DNA of 64,000 nucleotides, taken from Orbicella franksi. Its lineage: Eukaryota. The DNA is taken from assembly GCA_964199315.1 (NCBI GenBank), contig OZ116711.1:806001-870000 (forward strand), written 5' to 3'. The position numbers and the translations under genes are program-made. The notes beneath the pieces were generated by a model. The model saw nothing but the letters and a program-made list of their open reading frames with translations. It had not been told where the DNA came from and made no database searches. This document shows positions 15,401 to 27,309 of this stretch, one piece after another. Numbering within the stretch: the stretch's first letter is position 1; the number at the start of each line of letters is the position of its first letter.

Positions 15401-18400
15401 CCTCTTAAATTTTCACAAATTCCCCCCAGAGAATATTTTTTAATTTGAGAACAAGTTTTACCTTATAATGTTGAATTTTTGCAATGATATCTAACCGAGC
15501 TCGCTTTTAGTTATTGGTACTTTAATCTAGAATTAATGGTGTTTAAGGTTGTACTGTAGCTATGGTCCCCTTTTATGTCACCACAATGGCCAAAACGTGC
15601 TCATCAATGATTGGGCATATTATTGTAGGATACACTGATAAACAGTGGTAGTGAAAGCCCTCGTCAAAGCAACAAATAGATCGTAATGTACTAACAAAAC
15701 AGGCCGAGAGGAGCTTCTACACTTTGACTGTTTTCCAAATTCACAGCAATGATAAAGATAAATGTAGCAGTCGAGTTTGAACCTGAATAATGACCTGCAC
15801 AAGAGGGTCACACTTTCCAGTTTAATTCTTCTTTTACAGGAGCTATTCAAGTTTGCTTAGTAATTGTTTGTGCGACGTTATTTGTCAGGTTTTCAATGGA
15901 AACCAAGATACTGACAGCATTATATACAACACATTGAATTATCCAATTACAGCGCGCTATGTCCGCGTAAGGCCAGTGTCGTGGCGAGCCTGGATATCAA
16001 TGAGAATGGAACTCTATGGATGTCCAGGTATCTTAAAATTCATCTTATGATCGTTCAGCTCGTGTTGAGAAAATCTCCGAGTCACCCACCTTGGATGGAT
16101 GTCGATAGCAAGGGATAGAAATGAGAAAGAAACCAAACAAAAAGCACATCATATTTCGTATGTGTCCGGCAGTCAACAAGGACAGATCTCTTAAAGCATG
16201 CGTAAAACAGTTTCATATAACATCTATTTTAACTCAAATAATCTAGGGTGTGTTGCACCGCTTGGTATGGAAGATGGAACGATCACAGATGCGCAAATAA
16301 CCGCATCCTCACAAGTTGATGGCAACCATTCCGCTGTAATGGCCAGATTGAATTTTAAAGCCGATGATAGCAAGGCTGGAGCCTGGTCAGCTCTCACAAA
16401 TGATCGTAACCAGTGGCTTCAGGTGGATCTTGGTAGTTATACCCGAGTAACTCGCTTAGCGACTCAAGGTAGAAATGCATACAATGAGTGGGTGACCAAA
16501 TACAAGTTGCAGTACAGCGATGATGAAGGAAACTTCCAATTCTACAAGCAGGTAGGTTAAAGTGTTGCTGAGCTCCTCAGTTGATTTACCAGTCTGAAAC
16601 ATAACAGGAACTTTTCCTGCATTGCCATCATGTTATTAAACGTTCTAAGGGCCAATCCCTACAACGTCGTTGGAAGTTGAAACGGATTTAGCGTCTTTAA
16701 GGCTTCTGCTGCATTGCATCATATACCTTCCTCTAGGAGGGTCTTCTTAAAACCGATTGTGTTGAAGTCAGTCTTCTTTGTGGTTTTGTAGCAAGATTTA
16801 GTTTTACGTGGTGGGATTGCTAGTCCCACGCCCAACCCTTTACCTGGGCTTGGGACCTGCAAGCTGCTTCCTCAGCAAGGACCTTGGTGAGGAAAAGGCT
16901 ACTAAAATAGAATTACCTTAATTGTACATCGGTAGAGAAACTTTGTGGAGCCATTTTCCAGAGCCAATATACATTCTCGAGCTAGAGAAGATCGAAATAA
17001 TTCCATGCCAAGCAAAACGTGTTTAACACAGGACAAGGCAAGGTTTTATTGTCTAATTAAATTAATTGTTTTTGTGCTGATTTCTCTTTTCGTAAATTTC
17101 GCAAAATAAAATGGTAGGTTGTTGTTGCTGTTGCCGTGTATCGTCCTACAAATAAGACAGTGTGAGCCTAACATTGAAGAAGATAACGCTCTGACAAGCG
17201 TCACGTGAAGGCTTTCCTGTGCGTTTTTGAACGAATTATTTATTTTCTGCCAAGTGTAGGTGCTCGATGGTAATCAAGACAGCGACACTATTGTGCAGAA
17301 CAAACTGAGCCCACCAGTTACAGCACGATACATCCGATTAGTACCAGTAGACTGGAAAAACAAAATATCAATGAGAATGGAGATTTACGGTTGCCCAGGT
17401 ATTTCTATAACCAATAAATTCAACATCTTTTAGCGCCCAAGTTTTTGTCGCTATGTTATGAAAGAACTGGTTCATGCTTTTAGCTGTGTGTGTATCGAGC
17501 CATCGATGCACTTGGGAAGTTTGGTGAGCACTCAAGAAGCTAGTGATGGTTGAGGCGCAGCGGAGAGCAACTCTTACGCTTCCCTCGTGCTCTGGAAACT
17601 CTCCGCCTGCATCCACAATTCGATGTACGCACGCTAAGCATGAACCAATTCTTTATTTAAACGTATGTGAGTAGTACCTTTGAAACAAGTTTGAAACCGT
17701 TCCATGAAACCTGTGTTAAGAACGTCTTCATGCTTGAACAAATATAGCTTGTATAGAACCTCTCGGAATGGAAAGTGAAGCAATCTCAGATGGCCAAATA
17801 ACTGCCTCTTCACAACTGGATGACAACCACTCTGCAAGACAGGCCAGGTTACATTTTACGATAAGCGGATACAAGCGTGGAGGCTGGTCAGCACTCAGAA
17901 ATGATCTTCATCAATGGCTCCAAGTGGATCTCGGTAGTTATACCCGAGTGACACGTGTGGCGACTCAAGGAAGAAATGCATTCAATGAGTGGGTGACCAA
18001 ATACAATTTACAGTACAGCGATGACGGGGTGACCTTTGATTTGTACAAGGAAGGGGCTAACAGCTCAGCAAAGGTATTAATATCAATCATCCTCAGCCAG
18101 GATGTCACTCTAGTTGTATCCTTGATAGCATCTTAGCTGTGGTCGGCTACTGTGTGTTACATGTACATTAATTTAATAGACTGATAAAGATAGACAAAAA
18201 ACCAGCATCTCCAAATTCTAGTTTGACCAGGATAGAGGACCCGCATGAAAATCAGCAAAAGCTAATATTGTAATAAATTAGTGATCACTTCTTACAGGTT
18301 CTTAATTTCGTAAAACGCCAGTTTACAGGTAGGCTCGAATTATCGATCGAACTACAATGCAAAGCGAAAGTCAAGCCAGAATGAAATGATGTCGGTCGAG

Positions 18401-21400
18401 TGCCTACATGTTGATAGTTACACCCGAGCAACACACTAGCCAAGTATGATCTGCTTAAGACAAGTGGGTGACCAAATCAGGGCTACAACAGGCAAAGACA
18501 GAACACGCACAAAAAAAGTTGGTGTCAGGGCTAGGGACGTCCAACAAAATTCAGAATAAGAATACTTATTGTAGTTACCATTTGAAATCTGTATTTTTAG
18601 GTGTTTGATGGAAATCAAGACAGTGACACTGTGGTGTACAACAAATTGATTCCACCAATCACAGCACGCTACATTCGGCTTTTGCCAGTAGAATGGAAGA
18701 ATCACATTTCGATGAGGATGGAGCTCTACGGGTGTCCAGGTATTCCCCAACGATTTATCAAGTGAGCTTGTTTTGTATCACATTATCCGTCATTAAGACA
18801 AAGCTCGAACTCTCCCACTAACGATCTTATCAATTTTTTACTGGTAAATGGCAAGCCTCCTCGAGCACCAAACACTTCCTTTTTCACATAGCATTTTAAC
18901 AAAACAGGTAACCAACTCACATACTTATCACTGAAGTTTTGGACCAATGAAGAGAACAAGAGTTAACAAGAGCTCAAACTCTCGTAAACTCGAGGCGACC
19001 TTTGTGTGCATGCTCTTGACATCTCACGTGCTCGCTCGTAATCGGCTACTCTGGTGCAGTCGAATGTTTCTTGAGAGACGTCAAGATTCACTCATGCCCG
19101 CAGATCTGTTGAGGCTCAATTAAGGAACACTCTGGTATAACTCTCTTCTTTCAGCTATCAGCGAATATCCTAGTAATGTTTCCTAAGCTCGACAGCTTTT
19201 GAGATGACTTTTGTTTTGCGTTTACCATCACAGAAGCAAGTGTGCAGTACTGTGCACGAGCAGAACATTCTTTATCATTAATGCCCTGTCCCACGTGGGA
19301 AACAGGACAGAATTCTGAATATTATTTGAAGCCAAATACGGTATACAGTAATGCACACGGGTAGATCATTATTTAAAGTAAATTATTTGTAGGTGATCTA
19401 TGTACTCGCGACCAATAAAACGGTGTATTGATTCCACATACTTCACTTTTGCACAATTAACTTAGGTTGCGTGACACCTCTTGGCATGGAAAACGAAGCA
19501 ATCCATGATACACAAATTGACGCCTCTTCACAACTGGACAGCACTCATTCAGCCAAGCAGGCGAGGTTGCATTCTAAAGCTGACGGAAGTACTTGGGGCA
19601 GCTGGTCAGCTGGCACAAATGATCTGAACCAATGGCTTCAGGTGGATCTTAGTACTTACACCCGAGTGACTCGTGTCGCGACTCAAGGGAGGAATGGGTT
19701 CTACCAGTGGGTGACCAAGTACAAATTGCAGTACAGTGATGACAGGGATACATTTCATGTTTACGAGGAACCAGGAAATGATGGGGCGAAGGTATTTCCA
19801 TATTACAGGCTCAGAATATTTATCATTAAAAAAAAACTCTCGAGGCACCCGCAAAAATGATTATAAGCACGTCGCTCCTGTGAGTCGTATTCTCAAGTAA
19901 CTGTTGGCTCTTCGTACATTTCTTGCAAGGTGTTCATTGGAAATCAGGACTCTGACACAGTTGCGTACAATACCCTGACTCCGCCAATCACAGCACGATA
20001 TATTCGATTCAAACCCCTCGAGTGGTACAGTCACATATCGATGAGGATAGAGATCTATGGATGTCAAGGTATTCTTAATGATCATCTATTTTTGTTGGCA
20101 AGGGCACCCAACATCTCTAGAAAGCTTACCTTGAAGTAACTATTGCATTCTTCTCTGAGTACGTGGCGATTTTACGTTTGGATTGACGGTCCAATTTTTA
20201 ACGTTGTCATCGATGACGAAAATCCTTTTCCATCGATCCTGTGGGAACTCTGGAAGTTATATGTGAAGGTTAAAAAAGAAAATTCGATGTCCTGGGGGGA
20301 ATTATAGGAAGTGGCTCAGTCCATACAAACAATGTGGTTTCAGCAGACAGAAGATTATTATTAGACATCAGAAAAATCGCAAGTTATCACGGGGGGCCCA
20401 TGGTATTCTGACTTGTACGATTTCTAATGGTCAAAAAACCCTTGAGGGTCAGTCAAAGTCGTACAGGCGCATTATAATGACACAGGTCTTTTAATACTAT
20501 AGGAAATCGAGCAACAACTGTAATTCGTCCCCAAGACATCACAAGAAGCTATTCTATTTTGAACAGGGCTAACAACATTCAAAGAACAGTTCATGCTGAA
20601 AGTTATTTTGTATTAATCAAGACATAAATCAAACACGCCAAACAAAACAAGTATCGAGTCTCACTAAACATGCAAACTTATGATTTAAAACTGGATAACT
20701 TGTTAAAATATGATTAAAAAATGCCAGTTTTCCCGTTTTTCAAACTTAGGTTGCAAAGCACCTCTTGGAATGGCTTTTGGAGCAATCTCTGATTACCAAA
20801 TAAGCGCCTCTTCACAACTAGATAGCAACCACATCGCAGCACAGGGCAGATTACATTTCAAAGGCGATGGCAGCAAAGTTGGAGGCTGGTCAGCTCTCAG
20901 TAATGATGTCAATCAATGGATTCAGGTGGATTTTGGTAGTTACACCAGAGTGACAGCTGTAGCGACTCAAGGAAGATATAATGACGATCAGTGGGTGACC
21001 AAATACACGTTTCAATACAGTGATGACGGAATGACTTTTCAAACTTATAAGAAACCAGGAGATAAATCAACAAAGGTATTCCCAAACTGGCATTTTTCTT
21101 TCCTAGGATCACTTCGTAAAAGAACTTGCAATCAAGAGAAAATGTGAACACTCGCCTGTTTTATGTCAGCATGTTGATACAACATCACGCCAGCCTCAGG
21201 ATGCTTAGCAACTTATCTGGTGAAGAATAGGTGAAATTCCGAGTAAAAGAGCCACTTCTTACACTCCTGATTATATAGGTAGCATGTTATCTGAGCTTTA
21301 AAATAATGGTTTTGAATGGTCAATGAAAACTATTTTTGCAATTTTTCTTTGTTTAGGTGTTTGATGGAAATCAAGACAGCAATACTGTTAAGTACAACAT

Positions 21401-24400
21401 ATTGAGTCCACCGATAACGACACGTTATATCCGACTAACTCCGGTAGAGTGGCACAGTCACATTTCAGTGAGGATGGAGGTCTATGGTTGTCCAGGTATT
21501 TGTCAGTCCCAAGTCTGAACCCATAGAATTTAGAATCCAGTAATCAGTTTCTGTCGCAGCACTGGTCACAGTTGTATCATGCGCCCTTAAAATTTTAGGA
21601 CCTGGATTGACCGATCAATGAATGCAATTTGAAGGTATCATTTTCACTCTAGTCTGCTATCCATCCCTTAGGCCAGCAGCTCCTACCACCAGTTCACCTC
21701 TCTTTGAAGTCTGCCTCCCTCCCTCTCCCCACCTTGCCTTCCCTCTCAAAATGGCAACCCAAGACAAATTATACGCAAAAAATAATTATTCTGTTCCACC
21801 ACTTTAAGTTTGTGAATGTCCGCTATTAAATAGAAAACACATCTCGAGCAATTTTCAATGTTACTTTTCTGGTCCATGAGCTGATTTATGAATTATGTAC
21901 TGTACCCTGCTATCATCCCTCCTGTCTCTCAACAAATCCAGGATGTAATGCACCACTTGGGATGGATAGCGGAGCGATCACCGATGCTCAAATAACCGCC
22001 TCTTCACAATGGGATCACAATCATGCTGCAGCACAGGCTAGATTACATTTTAAGCGAGCTGGACACAAGCAGGGAAGTTGGTCATCTCGTCCAAATAATG
22101 TTAATCAATGGCTTCAGGTGGATCTTCGTAGTTATACCACAGTGACAAAAGTAGCGACTCAGGGTAGGAATGGGCATAGCCAGTGGGTAACCCAGTACAG
22201 GTTACAGTACAGTGATGACGGAGTGACATTCCAGTTTTTTAAGGAACCACAAAGCAGTTCAGCAAAGGTGGGCATTTTGATGTTGAGAAAGTCATGAAGA
22301 GGGGCGAAGTGATATGAAACACCTGAAATTACTGGTGAAATGAGACTGATAACAAAAGTTTACCCGTGTTTTCACAATTTCTCTGAACTTTGAAATTTAT
22401 TTTCTCGAGTTTCCATGGGAATTTGTTTTTGTTTTCTGGGGGGCACCTATTAACATCTCTAGCTTTGAAAAAATGCAAACAAGACTGTAATATACTTAAA
22501 ATTATTCTCATGTTATGTTGTATCATATTACATTATATTATGTTAAAATAAAAAGCAAAAGATTGTTTTTTTTTCGTAGCGTCAGCGGGGTCCATCTTGT
22601 ATAAATCCCATTGACCTTTCAATGAAGCTTGAACACAATTACACTGTTATACTTTTCATATTATTGTCTATTGTCCAGTGTCCTCCGTGTGTAAATAGAG
22701 GCTTAATGTTACCAATAAACAACTATACCTAAGAATTTATCGACCACATGCTAAGTTTCGCCCTGTCCTCTCATTTTTCATTAGTTGTTCCTTGGAAATC
22801 AAGACACTGACACCATTATGTACAACAGACTAAACCCACCAATTACCGCGCGACACATTCGACTAAGACCTGTAGCATGGTACGGACACATTTCCATGAG
22901 GATTGAGATCTACGGCTGTCCAGGTACTTGACATTACTGCTGTGGCGTTGTGCATTATTCAAACTGTTAACATATAAGTGGTCATGTGTTAGACCTTCAT
23001 CTATTATTATCGGAATGCGTTATGTAACGAAATCAAATGGCTGCCAAAATGGCAAATGAACTTCACGAGCTCAAATTCATAGCTTAACAAGTGTGATAAA
23101 ATAGTTTTCCGACCTACTGCTACCGTTAAACCCTTTATATAATACTCCTGTTCGTTCTGCAACAAATTTAGCTTGCGTAGCAGCTCTTGGTATGGAAAAT
23201 AAAGTAATCTCTGATGCACAAATAAGCGCTTCTTCTCAACTGGGTAACAGCCATTCTCCAAAGCAGGCAAGGTTGCACACCAGATCAGATCAAAGCAATA
23301 GTGGAGGCTGGTCAGCTCTAAGAGATGACTTTAACCAATGGCTTCAGGTGGATCTTGGCAGTTACACAACAGTGACACGTGTGGCAACCCAAGGCAGAAA
23401 TGGATTCAATGAGTGGGTGACCAAATATAGGATACAGTACAGCTATGCTGGAGTGACATTTCAGTTTTATAGGAAGGCAGAAAACAGTTCAGCAAAGGTG
23501 TGCCCTTATTGTCTTTTTGATCATAGCAGGCGAAAAGACCGAATTTTCTACCAAGAACAAGCGTAAACTATTACGGCGAGCATAAACTATTACGTACTGG
23601 CCCAATAGTCCGAGTCACTTGTCCGCCAAACATTTCTGTCTAGTGGGATTAAAAGGATTTGATACGATTATTTCTATATCTAACAGTATGTACCTGTGTA
23701 ATTGAAATTTCCTCAAAACTATTTTTCCTAAAAACAAGAACCTTCACTTCCACATCGGAGAGTCAAAGACTGAATCCACTAGCTCAACCACAAAATCCAC
23801 CAGCCACGGGCTATGAGACATGGCTTTTTTCCCAAACTGGAGAAAAATGCAATGTCATGTTGCCAAAATGACGTTTGTCTAATCAAAAACAATGGGTGTA
23901 TAGTTTATATATAGTCTATCATTAAAAAAGGATAACAGCCAGGAACTTCCTCATGTGATCGCCAGTAAAAAACATCCAAAAACAAAACCAATAACATTCG
24001 TGGATTTGCAATGTATTGGAATGATAGGTGTGTCTGCTAATATGCCACAAGTACACTGCAATTACTTGATGATTATATACATCATTTTGAATTTATAATC
24101 ACCATCGTCATCGTCATTTCAAATACACAGATTCAGTAGCTTACTACATGATCGCAGTAAAGTATAATAACTCGAAAACAAATGTAACATTTTGAATTTT
24201 TGTTCAGGCAATCCCAAAGCTCCCTTACTTTCTTCTCACTTTCTCTTCTTTTCAGGTGTTCGAAGGAAACGAAGACAGTGATACTGTGATATTAAACAAA
24301 CTAAGTCAGCCAATCACTGCACGTTACATTCGGCTTTTACCCATTGAATGGCATAACCATATATCAATGAGAATAGAAATCTATGGTTGCCCAGGTATAT

Positions 24401-27276
24401 ATTTTTTATCTTGTAATAATTTATTCATTAAACCTTTACTAGTTTTTTTGCTTCACCTCTAGGACAGTTGATGCTCTGTGAAGTAGTAACCACTAATCAA
24501 AAGAAATTAGTAGTAATGTTCCGAGACTGAAAAGAGCAGGTCTCAATAAGCACGACTGCAAATCACATAGTAAAAAGTAAACAAAATATATTGGGGTGGA
24601 AAAGTACAATTTCTTAACACCAAACCCAAGTATAGTTGTTATGTAGTTGGAGTAGAGGCAGCCATCCCAATTCTATTCTTATATTATTGGCATTTATTGG
24701 GTAATGACACTTTTTTCTTTCCTTGCTCGACTACCGTAGGGTGTATAACGCCTCTTGGCATGGAAAGTGGAGACGTCGCGAACGCCCAGATAAAAGCATC
24801 TTCAATGTTGGATGGTGATAATTCTCCGGGGCAAGCAAGGCTGCATCAAAAAGCAGATGGACGTATGGCTGGAGCCTGGTCAGCTCAAACAGATGATCTT
24901 AATCAGTGGCTCCAAGTGGATTTCGGTAGCTACACCAAAGTGTCACGTGTTGCAACTCAAGGGAAGAATGGATTCAACCAGTGGGTGACAAAGTACAAGA
25001 TACAGTACAGTAATGACGGTGAAAACTTTTGGGTGTACAAGGAGCCAGGGACCAGCTTAGCAAAGGTGACTTCATTCAGTCATTTTACGCTTAGTCTCCA
25101 TTTACCTGGAAAAAGTAGGAAATACCTACATGTGTAATTATTCGACTGCACGTATTACAACCCTGTCAAACAGCGTCAAACCACGTACTGTATCTGGAAA
25201 GCCGGCTGAAACATACATATTTTTTGATTGTCGGACTCTTTGCTTCCCAAAATCGTACGCTACAACAATTTACTAACAGGAAAAGAAATTATCTTGCAGT
25301 AATCGTATATGTTTTTAGAGTTATTGTCCCATTTAAACTAACCTTCTCTTTTAAGTTTATATTTTGTGCAGATGAGTCAACAAAGAGAAATTAATCGTCA
25401 CTAAGTAGTCTTACCCCCTCCTTAACATCCCGAAAGAAATAATTCCTTTCTATTTAAAAGTTCTCCCTAAAATGGTCTTGAAAGCTAATAAACTTCGTGA
25501 GCACTCAATGTGGTACTTTGGTGGTAACCTTATCAACTGTCAGTTTTCTAACAAAGCAACACATTTCGTTTCTGTTATGTTTAGGTGTTTCGTGGAAATC
25601 AAAATAGCGATACCGTCGTTTACAACATTTTGAGACTACCCTTTACAGCTCGCTACATCCGATTCGTACCAGTTGATTGGCACAATCACATATCAATGAG
25701 GATTGAGATCTACGGTTGTCCAGGTAAGAAGTTCCAGCAATTTCCAGGATCAAAATTTTTTAACAACTGTAAATATTTTATTTATTGAAATATAACAATT
25801 CATGGTAGCTTAAAAAAATATATCAGAGAAATTAACTTTAAACTTGAAATATTAGCTTACAAATAGGAAAACGTACAGAAAATATCAAGTGTTCACGGCT
25901 GCAGTGTCCTTACTGTAAAAGAAATGGGGAAAACTTATACTACTACTGTCACTGAGCGACAAAATGGCAAATCTAAGCAGAGCTTAAGAAATTTTTGGTT
26001 TAAAAAATTGCCGCATTTAGTACATAAGCATAAATTATTTTCTCTTGCACGAAAAAAAGGTTGCGCTGCAGCACTGGGCATGGAAAACGAAGGAATAACT
26101 GATGTCCAGATAAACTCATCTTCACAACTGGATGACACTCACACCGCCAGTGAAGCAAGACTGAATTTTAAAGCAGATGGAAGCGAGCGGGGAGGTTGGT
26201 CCGCTCTCACTAATGACTTCAACCAGTGGCTTCAGGTGGATCTTGGTACTGTTAACCGCGTGACTCGTGTGGCGACTCAGGGGAGGAATGGGCATGACGA
26301 GTGGGTGACCAGATACAGATTACAGTACAGTGATGACGGAGTATCGTTTCTGTTTTACAACGAGACTGTAAGGAGTTCAGCAAAGGTATGCTAGTTGTCG
26401 CCGGAATGTTTTCATTTACGATATGATATCTGGGTGTGTGAAGTGAAGAGGAGCGTTGTAAAGAAGTGGGGTACGGGACTAGCACCGGATGTCGGTTTTG
26501 CTGGACTAAGACAAGCCCTTCGGACTTACATTTCTCAGCAATAAGGGAGAAACGCGAAAGCCCTTTGGGGTCCCCTCCCTCCCCGCCCGTCACTGGAAAA
26601 GCTGTAGATAATCAGTAGAAATTCGAACTTTTGTATATCCAGTAGATCAGAGAAACAATTATAGGTTTAACTTTTCGCATTTGGCAAACCCAACTGAAAC
26701 TCTGGTTTTACCCTCTTTTCTCTCATGATCAGGTATTTTATGGAAATCAAGACAGCGACACTATAGTATACAATGTTTTGAATCCGCCTATTACAGCACG
26801 CTATATCCGAATAAGCCCTGTTGAGTGGCACAACCATATATCAATGAGGATGGAGATCTACGGTTGCTTTGGTAATGTATTATTAAATGATAACTACGGG
26901 TATTTGTATGTATGCAGTTGAAAAATACATCTCAGTAAATCGTCAAAGTATTCTGACTAAGTTTTAACACACGATACATCAATTTAAGCTACAATTTTGG
27001 AACTTAAATTGCTTTGTTGACTAACTATGATGTCCCCAATCGTCACAATCAAGAGAACAAGAGCAATAAGTGAACTGTGCGTAACAGGACTTTCGATTAA
27101 AATTCATTTTTTATCAAAATATTTATAACCCTACCCTCACCATTAATGTAACTTTACGTTTAATTGTAATTTTAGCTTTTTTAGCCTTTTTATTTCGTTT
27201 TTAATCTTGTCATGCGCATTTGAACATTTTATGAAATTTGCGCATTATAAATGTATTATTATTATCATAAAAAAAG

Positions 27277-27309
<33 letters not shown>

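Noticed and set aside
9074-26394. Separate small discoidin genes as listed in the ORF track
   Set aside because: The ORFs overrun conserved splice sites; the exons join into one open frame.
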